Source of the DNA: Chiloscyllium plagiosum | Taxonomy: Eukaryota | NCBI RefSeq assembly: GCF_004010195.1 | Contig: NC_057721.1 | Coordinates: 60,952,156-61,016,155 of the forward strand | Reading direction: 5' to 3' | DNA: 64,000 nt | Part shown: positions 38,495-50,894 of the stretch, piece after piece | Layout: each line of letters starts with the position of its first letter | Numbering within the stretch: position 1 is the first letter of the stretch | Notes under the pieces: model-generated | The model's database searches: none | Told to the model about the DNA's origin: nothing | What the model saw: the letters and a program-made list of their open reading frames with translations, nothing else | Program-made: the position numbers and the translations under genes

Positions 38495-39684
38495 GTGAGT
38501 GGGAGAGGGGGAAGAGAGAGGGAGAAGGGNNNNNNNNNNNNNNNNNNNNNNNNNNNNNNNNNNNNNNNNNNNNNNNNNNNNNNNNNNNNNNNNNNNNNNN
38601 NNNNNNNNNNNNNNNNNNNNNNNNNNNNNNNNNNNNNNNNNNNNNNNNNNNNNNNNNGTGTTGCAGGTGGAGTGTGTTTTGGAGGGTGGGGTTCTGGATT
38701 TGTTGGGGTGATGGGGTGAACCAGGTATGTTGGGAGAGGAGGGGACTCGGTGAAGGGACCTGGGTGCGATGGGGAAGGGAGCAATCTTGATGTGTTTTGA
38801 GAGGGGTCTCTGGGTCATGGGGATCTGGGTGTGTAGGGGAGGGCAGGGATTTGGGGGTGAGTGGGATGTTGGTGGCAGAAGGATGTTTCTGAGGGAATGG
38901 ACTAGATGGCGAGAATCAGAGAAGGAGTTGTGGGATAGGGGCAGAGGGGTGATTGGAAGGTGTAGGAGAGCAGTGAGAAGGAGCAAAGTGAGCTATCGAA
39001 GTGGAGGACAAAGGTAACATTAGTTTTAAATATCCAGTCCACAGGCAGTGCTGGAGAGATTTCCTGTAATAATGCCAGAAATTGGATCTTTGGGGAAACA
39101 TTTAAGTTTTTAAATTGGTGTACAGAGTGTTAAATATTTTTAAGTGTTTAAAATTCAGAGATTTTAATAAAATAAAACTAAACAAGTTATTGAAACAGGT
39201 GAGTTAGTAATTTTATTCAGTAAAGAGAGTAGTTGGGTGATTTTTTTCTGTTGGAATTCCTTTTATGATGTGGAAATTGAAGAAAAAGTGACAGTTTATA
39301 CTGTACATGTTTGACATTGTTTTATTTTCATCGTGGTACGTTAACAAGCTCTAATTTTAGTGAGCATAGTGGGATTCAATTCAACATAGTACCAATTTTG
39401 TCAAATGAGAAACAATTTTGAAGCATCCACTCACTTTCTAATCACAATTGTTACACTGCACGTGGAGACCATTCAGCTTATTGTATCTAGACCAATTCTG
39501 TTACCTAGTGTCACACTTCTATCTTTTCCTTCCCTGCACATGTCCACTGATGTGTGGCTTCTCTCCATCCATGATCCTCTGATTTGTAGCCACTCCATTC
39601 TTCTTGATCCATTCTTATGCTGAATCACCTACGACATTCCTTAACTGATGCTGGAGCTCTGGGTTTGAGGGAGTCTAGACAATA

Positions 39685-40310
39685 ACCAAAAGAACTATGG
39701 ATGCTGTGAATAGGAAACAAAAACAGATTGCTGGAGATGCTCAGAAGGTCTAGCAGCATCTGTGGACAGAAATCAGAATTAATGTTTCAAATTGAGTGAC
39801 CCTTCCTCAGAACTGATGGTAGCTAGGAGAATTTCAGTTTATATACAGAAAAACAGATTGCTGGAGATGCTCAGAAGGTCTAGCAGCATCTGTGGGCAGA
39901 AATATGAATTAGTGTTTCAGATTGAGTGACCCTTCCTCAGAACTGATGGTAGCTAGGAGAATTTCAGTTGATATACAGAAGATGGGGTGGGGGGAGAGGG
40001 TAAGGAGTAAATGATAGGTGTGGATAGAGCCCAAAATGAAAAGAACAGTTGGACAGACAAAGGCATGGATAATGATCTGGCTAGGAGGATGAATAGCTAT
40101 TAATGGGGACTGTCTGCAAAAAAAAACAGAGCTTCCAGTTAACTTCTACTTTATCACACCACCATGTTCCCTCTGCAGCGTCTCTGTCTGAGGCTTGCTA
40201 CAGCGCTCCAACGAAGCTCAGCACAAGCTGGAAGAACAGCACCTCATTTTCCACTAGAGGGCACTGCAGCCTTGTGCACTCAGTATCAAGTTCAATAACT
40301 TTAGGGCTTG
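39685..40310. mobile_element. PLE terminal-repeat fragments (family D) with a tandem duplication of about 130 bp
   Basis: 39719-39848 is repeated at 39849-39978; both carry a degenerate hammerhead on the minus strand. Confidence 0.7.
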
Positions 40311-40379
40311 AGCTCTCCTATGTCCTGACTCTCATAACTACCTTCACTACTGCTCTTCCCACCCCACATACTGCAAGGA

Positions 40380-41670
40380 TTCTATCCTCTCCCAGTTCAT
40401 CTGCCGACTTCATATCTGTTCAGATAATGCATCTTCCAAAACAGTGCTGCTGACATATCTTCCTTCTGCCATTAGTGGTTTCCTGCCCACTGCAGTTGAC
40501 AGACTCTCAACCACATTCAATCTATCACTTGTGCTTCCGCCCTTGCCCCTTCCCACTATGCAACATTGTGATTGGGTCCTCCTCCTTCTCACTTTTCATC
40601 CCACCAGCCTCTGCATTGACAGGATCATTCTCTGCCATTTCAGACAACTCCAGCAGAATGCTACCACCAAACACATCTTCCTCGCACTCCTCCTGCCTAC
40701 ATTTCGGAGGGATTATTCCTTCTGGGGCATCCTAGTGCATTACTCGACCCCCGTTTCCCACGGCAACTTCTCATGTAACTGCAGAAGGTGCAGCACCTGC
40801 CCCTTCACCACCTCCCTGCTCACCATCCAAGGGCCTAAACAGTCTTTTTAGGTGGAGCAGCCTTTCACTTGTGTCTCCTCTGATCTTGTGTATATTATCT
40901 GCTGTACCCCAATGTGGCCTAGTCGCCACTGGAGAAACAAAACACAGACAGGCTGACTGCTTTGCAGAACAGATTAGAGTGGTGCTGGAAAAGCACAGCA
41001 GGTCAGGCAGCATCCGAGGAACAGGAAAATTGACTTTTCGGGCAAAAGCCCTTCATCGGGACTGCTTTGAAGAACACCTCAGTTCTGTGTGCAAGCATGA
41101 CCCAACTTTCCCATATCTGCTCATTTTAAGTGTCCTGCTCACATGCCCACTTGTCTGTCCTTGACATGCTGTGATGTTCCAGTGAATCATAGCACAAATT
41201 GGAGGAGCAACATCTCATCTTCGAACTAGGCAGTTTACAGCTTTCTAGGCTCAATATTGAATTCAACATCTTCAAATTGTGAACCCATTCTCTCCCTTTC
41301 ATTTAGATTTGCTTGTTACTTTGTCTGTCACCATGTCCTCTCTTTCCTGCCACCCCTGCATTGGGACTATCTGTTCTTTCCAGTGTGGCAGTTAGACACA
41401 CCGTTATTCTGCCATTCTCACCTTCTGATCACCTAATCTAAACTATCAACATCCTTTTCCCTTCAACATTCCAAACCACGCTGCCCGCCCCCCCCCCCCC
41501 CCGCCAATGCATAAATGCTGTCCCCTCCACATCTCACTTCAGCTCTGATGAAGAGAAATCTAGTTTTGAAATGTTAGCTTGCTTTCTCTCCATGGATACC
41601 CTTGACCCTCTGATCTCCAGCATTTTTTGTTTTCAGTACAGATTTCAGCATCTGCAGTAATTTGCTCCTA
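40380..41670 (+). mobile_element. Decayed PLE fragment
   Basis: LTFHPTSL..ILCHFRQLQQNATTKHIF..CNCRRCSTCPFT, GETK; terminal CTGATGAAG..GAAATGTTAGCT at about 41540-41580. Confidence 0.75.
40972..41059 (-). mobile_element. 88-bp PLE terminal-repeat tail insertion
   Basis: 17-bp TSD GACTGCTTTG(C/A)AGAACA (40955-40971, 41060-41076). Confidence 0.8.
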
Positions 41671-41782
41671 GTCTTGTTATTGCATAGACTGCTATTATAT
41701 ACTACCCAGTGTTAGCCACTGACAATCCCCATTAGTTATTCAGTTTACTAGCCAGATGGTTATCTACTCCTTTGTCTGTCCA

Positions 41783-41863
41783 TATCAATGATATGGAGCT
41801 GGAAAAGCAGAGCAGGTCAGACAGCATCCGAGGAGCAGTAAAGTCAATATTTCGGGCCAAAAC
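41783..41863 (-). mobile_element. 81-bp PLE terminal-repeat tail insertion
   Basis: 14-bp TSD CCTTTGTCTGTCCA (41769-41782, 41864-41877). Confidence 0.8.
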
Positions 41864-41956
41864 CCTTTGTCTGTCCAACTGTTCTTCTCTCTCTTTGGGG
41901 TCTATCCCCACCTATTGTTTACCATACCCTCCCCACCTTGGTCCTATTTTTTTTAT

Positions 41957-42277
41957 AGATTAGTTTAGATTAGTTACAGTGTGGAAACAGGCCCTTTGGC
42001 CCAACAAGTCCACACCGACCCGCCGAAGCGCAACCCACCCAGACCCATTCACCTACATTTACTCCTTCACCTAACACTACGGGCAATTTAGCATGGCCAA
42101 TTCACCTAACCTGCACATTTTTTGGACTGGGAGGAAAGCGGAGCACCCAAAGGAAACCCACGCAGACATGGGGAGAATGTGCAAACTCCACACAGTCAGT
42201 CACCTTAGGTGGGAATTGAACCCGGGTCTCTAGCGCTGTGAGGCAGCAGTGCTACCACTGTGCCACCGTGCTGCCCA
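41957..42277 (-). mobile_element. HE1-type V-SINE
   Basis: (agatt)n tail then reverse V-SINE body ending ccaccgtgctgccc. Confidence 0.9.
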
Positions 42278-43730
42278 TAAACTGACTCTTTCCTAGCTAC
42301 AATCCGTTTTGAGGAAGGGTCACTTGACCCAAAATATTAACTCTTATTTCTCTCTACAGATGCTGCCAGATCTGAGCTTTACCAGCAATTTCTGTTTTTT
42401 GTTTTGTGGGAATCTAGGTTGTATTAGTGCAGAAATGCTGAGCTGGGCTGTTACAACTCGCAGCCAAAGCTGCTCCACCTGCCACTTGCTGGCACTGTTC
42501 ACCTTTACAACCTTTATTCAGAAAGACTGAAGCAGTGAACAGGAATTTTTTTTAAAAGCATGGATTAGAAAGCTCCCAGCTCACTGTTTTTGTCCCATCA
42601 GCACTTTCGTAACCTCTTACTTCAGGTATTAAATTGAGATTTTGTGCATGAATGCAAGGACAGTGGAGGGAATAGGTACAAGGACAGCCAGGGAGTGGTA
42701 GATTTGGTGAAACATTATTTGGGGAGGGAGAGCAGCTGTAAGTCAGAGAAAGGAAGGATCTCCAGTGACTAGATGATTTGAGGAGCAGGAAGCACTAAAT
42801 ATTCTGTATTTGTACATTTATTTCAAGTTATTTCACTTACCATTGTAGGAATTTTATAATGTTGATTAGTTTACTTTGCTAGTTGTAGTGTTTTGTTTCT
42901 TTAACGAGGAAAGTTTTCAACCTAATTGCAGCTTTTGTATTGATTTTAATGGAAAATGGTTTAAGTCATTTTATTTGAAGTCCTGATTTTCAGGTACAGT
43001 CGCAATCTTTGGTGAGGGCTTGATGTGCTGCTGATCTTCCAGTTTGTTGTCATTGCAAAACAACTGCACTATTTATTTTACTATCCACATAGTTAATCTT
43101 CTGTTATTTATTAATATACTTTTTACGCAATTGAATAGATAAAGACTTGATAAAAGCACAAACAAAAATGGGCCTCATAAAGTCTTTGATAATTTGACTG
43201 AGTCTTACAGTGTAGCAGGGGCAGGGAAAAGTCATGTACAGTACACCGAGTGATGGTTACATAGGATAATGACCATTGTATTGTTGGGTTGACCAACTGA
43301 AAAAGCCAATAAAGCATATAACTTTGCGAGTGGGACATCATTCAAGTAAGCACTGTTGAAATTACTTTGAACCTTTTATTATAGCTGTTGGTTAAGCCAT
43401 AGTAGAATGGATTTCTGCATTTGTATGTCAGATCTAATGAAGCTTAATATTTGTTTTGGATGTTTAAGTTATTACTTTGCGTGATTTTTGTCTGGACCAT
43501 AGAGTAACCTGTCAGGGATTAGAAGACTATGTCCTGGAATATGTTATTAAGGTGAGGTACGACAAGGTTATAAATGACATTTTATCCTCTTTTGAAGATA
43601 GATCCACTTATTCTGATCTTGAGTACTTTAAGTAGTTGAACACACAAAGAACGTGGTCTTGTGTGTGGGTGACTAATCATTGTGCCTGAATTTTGAACTC
43701 CTAAGCTGATAACCTGTTGCTCTTCTATAG

Positions 43731-43794
43731 GTGTTACTAAAAATATTAAAGTAGACAAAGAACAGAAGGTAGACACTGCTGATGAGTCTGGTTG
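43731..43794 (+). CDS. MIS18A: MIS18A exon 2
   Basis: Acceptor tcttctatag|; (S)VTKNIKVDKEQKVDTADESG(C) resembles human VSCNVSVDKEQK. Donor TG|GTAAGT. Phase 1 to 2 is consistent. Confidence 0.92.
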
Positions 43795-44208
43795 GTAAGT
43801 ATACTCATGATTGCAGATTTTTGAACTCATTGTTGAAGATAAATTAAGAAAAATGATTTTTTTGTGGCTTCCCTACAGAGAATATTTTCATTCTATCAAA
43901 TAATTTTTCTAGCCGTTAGAATGTACTTTTATAAGCATGTCCCTTAGATTACATTTAGACTTTAATTGTTTGAAATTATTTTTGGAAAGATTACTTTTTC
44001 TTTTGGCCTTATCTCTGTCTCTTAATTCCATTTTTCTTTTCCCCTCTCTACATGATTTGACTTTTTTAATACAAAATTCAAGCTTGTACCTTCTAGTACT
44101 GTGTGCCTCAGTAGGAACTGTTTAGTTTCCTGGAGATATGCTCTTCAAGCTAGTCCCAGATCCACCATAGAGTGCCACAGTAAAATAGATGTCTAATTGC
44201 TTTGAGCT

Positions 44209-45095
44209 ATGGTTAGCAAGTTTGCAGGTGATACCAAAATTGGAGCTGTAGTGAATAGCAAGCAAGGTTATCTCAGAGTACAACGGGATTTTAATCAGGT
44301 GGAGTTTAATTTAGATAAATGTGAGGTGCTACATTTTGGAAAGGCAAATCAGGACTGGACTTATACATTTAAGGTCCTAGGGAGTGTTGCTGAACAACAA
44401 GACCTTGAATGTTGGTTCATAGTTCCTTGAGAGTGAAGTCGCAGGTAAATTGAATAGTGAAGAAAGCGTTTACTATATTTGCCTTTATTGGTCAGTGCAT
44501 TGAGTATAGGAGTTGGGAGGTGGTCTTGTGATTGTACAGCACATTGGTTAGGCTATTTTCAGAATACTGCATTCAATTCGGACCTCCCTACTACAGGAAG
44601 GATGCTGTGGAAGTTGAAAGAGTTCAGAACAGATTTATAAGGATGTTGCCAGAGTTGCTGGGTTTGAGCTATAGGGACAGGCTGAGTAGGCTGGGTATTT
44701 TACCTGGAGTGTCAGAGACTGAGAGGTGATCTTCTAGAGGTTTATAAAATCATGAGGGGCTTGGATAAGGTAAATAGATGAAGTCATTTCCCTGGGGTAG
44801 GGGAGTCCAAAACTAGAGGGCATTGTTTTAAAGGTGAGAGGGAAAAGATTTAAAAGGGTCTAAGAGGCAACTGTATCACTCAGAAGATGGTGTGTACAGA
44901 ATGAACTGCCAGAGGAAGTGATGGAGGCTGTACAATTATAATCTTTTAAAAGGCATCTGGATGGGTTTATGAAAAAGGGTTTCGAGGAATATGGATCAAT
45001 TGCTGGCAAATGGGACTAGATTAACTTGGGATATCTAGTCAGCATGGATGAATTGGACCGAAGTGTCTGTTTCTTTTCTGTACGTTTCTATGACT
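44209..45095 (+). mobile_element. CR1 LINE 3' fragment
   Basis: VSKFAGDTKIG, EFNLDKCEVLHFGKAN, tail ctatgact. Confidence 0.88.
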
Positions 45096-46979
45096 ACTGC
45101 ATTAAAAAAATCCACTAAAATATCTGGGCAGCTTTTTGCCTAATAAATTGTGAGCCCTTTGTTTGCCTTTGATTGCAAAATCCATGCAGATATATTCGAT
45201 TTGTAGAGTTTGATGGATGTTGCAAGTAAATTTTCAACTGAAACCCATGTGACCTTTCTTATGGCATCAATAAGTCAGAACGTTCAGAACATGGGCCTGA
45301 TAGGCTAGCTATGAACAAAATAGCACTCATTCCCTGTTACACGGTATTTATTTTACTGAGCAGTGCTCTAATTTTCTTAACATAACCTTTTTCCATATTG
45401 GAAAATTCTTTCATTTCATTCCAGTGAGGCTGTGTGCTAAACGTATGTTTGCTCTATGTCCACATGTTCTCATCCTTCAAATTTCTATGAAGTTCAGACT
45501 TTTACTTTTTGCCCCAATACTGGTCACAGGGAGCACACTTGACCAAGAACACACTTTTTAGATTTGGCTGGGGGGAGGGGGAAAGTGGGATCATTTCCTT
45601 TGATCTTTTTAAAAATGTGCTCATTGCTTTTGTTTTTAGGATGCCAGTGAATATAGGTAATAACTTTCGTGTATGTCCATTGATAGATGTACAGTCACTT
45701 CTTTGTGACAATGGATTAGAAATACAATTCTGCAAATTAATTCAAATACTGTAAAGGATGCAATATCTTATTCTTTGTGGATGAACTTGAGAATAAAATA
45801 TCAGTTTCTAGAACTGGATGAGTCGAGTGTCTGGGGTTCCTGAACAAATTATCACACATCCTGTACAAATGACAATAACCAATCTACAAAATCTTTTTTA
45901 AAAAATGGGTAATCTAAACAAAAGCAAGGCTCCAATGAATAATAAATGCTCTCTATCCGGCACAAAGACCATATCATATAGCAGTAGAATGACGCCATTC
46001 AGCCCATCGAGTCTGCTCCACTAATCATGGCTGTTATGTTTCTCAACTCCACTCTCTTGCCCTCTCTCCACAACTTTTGATACCCTTGCAAATCAAGAAC
46101 TTTTCTATCGCTGAATAATATCCACTCAATGACTTGCCGTCCAAAGCTTTCTGCAGATTTCCTACCCTCTCGCTCAAGAAATTCCACCTCCTCTCTCTTC
46201 TAAAGGTTTGTCCTTTCACTCTGAAGCACTGCTGTCATCCTATGAACTTTTTAAAATTTGTCCATTCACTCTAGTTTGCCTAACTATTGATTCAATAAAT
46301 TTAATATTATTTGTGCTATTTGCCTTTTTAGAAAACGTTTATCAACCTTTTTATAAGTTTTCATTTCTGAATATCTGTCTTTTCTGCACCTCTACTTTTT
46401 ATTTCCATTTTGTGTCCCCTTTTTTTCATAAAAAATTATTGCCTAATGTTTCACTATCAGGTTTCATGAGACATTTTTTTAAAAAATACTATATCTACTT
46501 TTGATGGCTTTATATGGTAGGTGGTCGGAACCTTAAAAATGGTTCAAAAGAGCACTGCTAGATTGAGTTCTCTTCAAGCCTTTCTCTGATCGTAGGTTTA
46601 GAAAATTGCGTAATTGAACTATAAAAGTGTAGTTTTCAAGGAAATTTGATTCAAGGCCTTAAATAATAAAAGGATTAGTCAATCTTTGTGGATTGTGGAT
46701 ATCTATTCATGTTGGATAGTTTAGGGAGAATGAGGAGGAACAAGTAAAAATTCTACAAGTGTCGCATTTAAATATTAGGTCCCATTTTTCACACAGGATC
46801 TTAGACTTTTGGAATATATTGCCAGCTTATTTAGATGAGATTCACTAAATGTTCTGTTTGTTTCTTCTAAGAGCTAATGTGATAAGTAAGTGTAGGAATT
46901 AGGTAATATGCAGAAATCATACTGGAACGTGATTGGCTTGATGGTCCAGCTGGTCTTTAACTTGGGTTATTATTACAGT

Positions 46980-48120
46980 TCTTTTGAGGAAGTAACTACC
47001 AACCTGGCTAAAGAGAGAATTATGGATGTGGTGTACTTGGGTTTCCAAAATGCTTTTTATACTGTGCCATACCAAAGGTTACGATGCAAGTGAGAATTCA
47101 TGGTGTATGAGATAACATTATCATGGATAAAGGATTAGTTAACTAACAGAATGGACAGTATGGAAAATTGGATCATTTCACCTTAGCCAGCTTTAACGAG
47201 TAAAGTGTCAGAATTAATAATGAGTGATGGTGCTTCAATTATTTACAGTTCACATTAATAACTTGAAGGTAGCTAAATTTTCTGATGACACAAGATAGGC
47301 AAGAGTAATTTGTGCAAAGGACTTGGGAGTCTGCAACGAGGTTGGATTAGTGGATGGGCACAAACTTGGCAGGTGGATTATAATATGGAAAGATGTAAAT
47401 TTGTCAATTTGGGCAGGAAGAATAGAATATTAGTTACTTGACTAGAGAAAGACTGTAGAACTCTATGGTACGGAGGAATCCTTGTACGTGATTAATCAAG
47501 TTAGCATGCAAGCACAGCAAGTAATTCTGAAAGGAAATGGAAAATTGTTCATTGAAAGGGGAATACCATAAATGTATGGAGGTTATGCAAGAGTTATATA
47601 GAGTGTTGATGAGACCACATTATGAATACTGTGCACAATTTTGGACTCCTTACTTACAAAGGATCTTATTGTATTAGAAGCAGCTCCGAGAAGGTTTGTT
47701 CAACTGATTTCTGGGATTAGGATTATCTTATTAGGAAACATTGAGCCTGCATTCATTAGAGATTACAAGAATGGTAAGTGATCTTATTGAAACATGCAAG
47801 ATCCTTGGGACTTTTAAAAATCGACAAAAGTATGTTTCCCTTTATGGGAGACATTGGAACTAAGGGACACTTCAGAATAAGGGCCTTCCATTTAAGGTGC
47901 AAATATGATTCTTTTTCTTTCTCAGAGGGTCATTAATCTGTGGAATTCTTTTCTTCAGAGATCAATGGAGGTGTGGCTCTTAAATATTTTTAAGCCTGAA
48001 TTTGATTGACTTGTCTGACAATCAATAATCAAAGAGTAAAGGTGGTAGACAAAGTTGAATTGAAGCCTTAATTAATCATAAACTTATGAAATCAAATATC
48101 TCTTGCTTCTAATTTGCATG
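46980..48120 (+). mobile_element. Old CR1 LINE fragment
   Basis: FEEVT..MDVVYLGFQNAFYTVPYQRL; aaattttctgatgacaca. Confidence 0.75.
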
Positions 48121-48181
48121 TTTGTTCATCAATATTTATGTAATTTATATCTGTAATAATTTTATTTTTCTTTCTTTACAG

Positions 48182-48304
48182 CATTTATGTGTTGTTATCC
48201 TGTAGTGGCTGCTCTCTGTTGCTGGGTAGAATGTATCATTGCACTCCAGTCCACCTTGACTACAAACGGAATGTATACTGCTTGTCCGTAGCCTATATTG
48301 AAAG
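48182..48304 (+). CDS. MIS18A: MIS18A exon 3
   Basis: Acceptor tttctttacag|; (C)IYVLLSCSGCSLLLGRMYHCTPVHLDYKRNVYCLSVAYIE(S) has the second CxxC and LDYKR. 123 nt. Donor AG|GCAAGT (GC-AG). Confidence 0.92.
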
Positions 48305-49714
48305 GCAAGTTTGTGTATCACAAACAAGATCTTAATGAACCACTTTCCCATGTAAAATCTATCTAGTTTTACAAAAAACATAAAATACAGAGCTCTTGTG
48401 ACACAGGTAATGACCCTAACCTCTGATTCAAGAGACCTGGGTTCAAATTCCACCTGTCCCCATAATCGTGTAATAAAAATCTCTGAATAGACTGATTAGG
48501 AAATATCTGGATAACATGAGTTCTTCAAAACTAGAATACGTTGCCTGGAAGTGTAGTGGAGCCAAGTTACATTTGGCCACTCAACACTAGATGATTATTT
48601 GAAGAGAAATGTTGTGTAGCTATACAGGGAAAAGGCAGGAGATTAGTATTAATCAAAATGTTCATTAGTGGTTATTCTGATAAATGTATATACCTACAGC
48701 CTGCTATTAGAAAGAAAACCTTTGCCATCTGTATGAATCCCAAAATCAAGTTAGATAAACCATACATTTGCAAGTAGGGTTTCTGGTTGTATGATGTGGA
48801 ATCTGCATGCACACTCTCTTGGGGACAGTACCTAACTAAACCCAGAGAGCCTAAGTGCAGGAACTTTGCTTTCATTCCCTAGTCTTTTTACATTGTGTTA
48901 AACAAATAATATTGAGAGTAGCATGTTTCCCCTACAAGCTGGTTCTGTCATCCCGTTTCTCCCCTCAGTCAAAGCAAAACACTCGAAGACACAGTATAGT
49001 TTTACCTCCTTCGTCTTTATTCTGGCCCACGTGCACAGAGACATGATTTCTCGGTCTTCTCTTGAACAGCAGTTTATTAGTGAATTATATAGTTACTTTA
49101 CAGGGAGGAGCACCCAGATAAGGCAACATACATATTAATTGGGTGACCGTTTCAATCAGCAAGTTCAATAGTAGAGATAAAGCCATCTGCGTTATACAAT
49201 GAATAACTGGCTTAACATAATGAATACTTTTCACCTCATTAACTGACTTTACATACTGAGTGCTTCCCCATCTTGTTAAATGGCTCTACATAATGAATGC
49301 TTTTCCACCTTGTCAACAAATCACCCTTGCCTCCAGTCCCCCATTGTTAACTGCAAGTTATATGATCTGAGTCATGCTCAGCTGAACATTTTGTTAGCAA
49401 GTTTTGAGAAGATATGTAGCTCAGGTTGAGGTTCTGGATGTAGGTTGCTCGCTGAGCTGGTTGGTGGGCATTTGATGCCAAGGGATCTGAGTAGTAGCCC
49501 ACAAACCCACTAACACACTAAAAACTGTAGCTACTGAACTTGAAAGACCCTGTACAGTCAACAAGCAAAACTAATATCATTTACAAAATACCGTGCAAGG
49601 ACTGTAATAAACACTATATTGGACAAACGAGCAGAAAACTAGCCACCAGGATACATGAACATCAACTAGTCACAAAACGACATGACCCTCTCTCACTAGT
49701 ATCCTTACATACAG

Positions 49715-50680
49715 ATTCATAGCTCCTTGAAAGTGGAGTCGCAGGTAGATAGGATAATGAAGAAGGCGTTTGGTATGCTTTCTTTTATTGGTGAGAGTAT
49801 TGAGTACAGGAGTTGGGAGGTCATGGTGCGGCTGTACAGGACATTGGTTAGGCCACGTTGGAATATTGCATACAATTCTGGTCTCCTTCCTATCGGAAAG
49901 ATGTTGTGAAACTTGAAAGGGTTTACAAGAAAAGATTTACAAGGATGTTGCCAGGGTTGGAGGATTTGAGCTATAGGGAGAGGCTGAACAGGCTAGGGCT
50001 GTTTTCCCTGGAGCGTTGGAGGCTGAAGAGTGACCTTATAGAGGTTTACAAAATTGAGGGACATGGATAGGGTAAATAGGCAAAGTCTTTTCCCTGGGGT
50101 CGGAGAGTCCAGAACTAGAGGGCATAGGTTTAGGGTGAGAGGGGAAAGATATAAAAGAGACCTAAGGGGCAACTTTTTCACACAGANNNNNNNNNNNNNN
50201 NNNNNNNNNNNNNNNNNNNNNNNNNNNNNNNNNNNNNNNNNNNNNNNNNNNNNNNNNNNNNNNNNNNNNNNNNNNNNNNNNNNNNNNNNNNNNNNNNNNN
50301 NNNNNNNNNNNNNNNNNNNNNNNNNNNNNNNNNNNNNNNNGAAGAGTGACCTTATAGAGGTTTACAAAATTGAGGGACATGGATAGGGTAAATAGGCAAA
50401 GTCTTTTCCCTGGGGTCGGAGAGTCCAGAACTAGAGGGCATAGGTTTAGGGTGAGAGGGGAAAGATATAAAAGAGACCTTAGGGGCAACTTTTTCACACA
50501 GAGAGTGGTACGGGTATAGAATGAGCTGCCAGAGGATGTGGTGGAGGCTGGTACAATTGCAACATTTAAGAGGCAATTGGAATGGTATATGAATAGGAAG
50601 GGTTTGGAGGGATATAGGCCAGGTGATGACAGGTGGGACTAGATTGGGTTGGGATATCTGGTTGGCATGGACGGGTTGGA
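49715..50680 (+). mobile_element. CR1 LINE 3' fragment nested in a PLE
   Basis: [30 protein letters not shown]; gap inside. Confidence 0.9.
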
Positions 50681-50854
50681 CAAACATGAGAATTCCTAGA
50701 AGCATGGCATTCCAACTGCAACTCTTAACAAACACATTGAATTGGACACAATTTACTACCCCTGAGAAAAAACTGGAAATGACATCACCAACCCAAAGAA
50801 TCCCAAACATATAAATAGAAAGCAGGAATCATCAGCAATACTTCATCTGGAGGC

Positions 50855-50894
50855 TCACTGAAGATGTTACCTAGTATGGTGATGAAACGTCTGA
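50855..50894 (+). ncRNA. Minimal hammerhead ribozyme-like motif (PLE family C)
   Basis: UCA-CUGAAGA-U-GUUACC uaguau GGUGAU-GAAA-CG-UC/UGA. Confidence 0.6.

Noticed and set aside
50026-50501. Identical CR1 sequence on both sides of the N gap
   Set aside because: Exact overlap flanking a scaffold gap is most likely an assembly artefact
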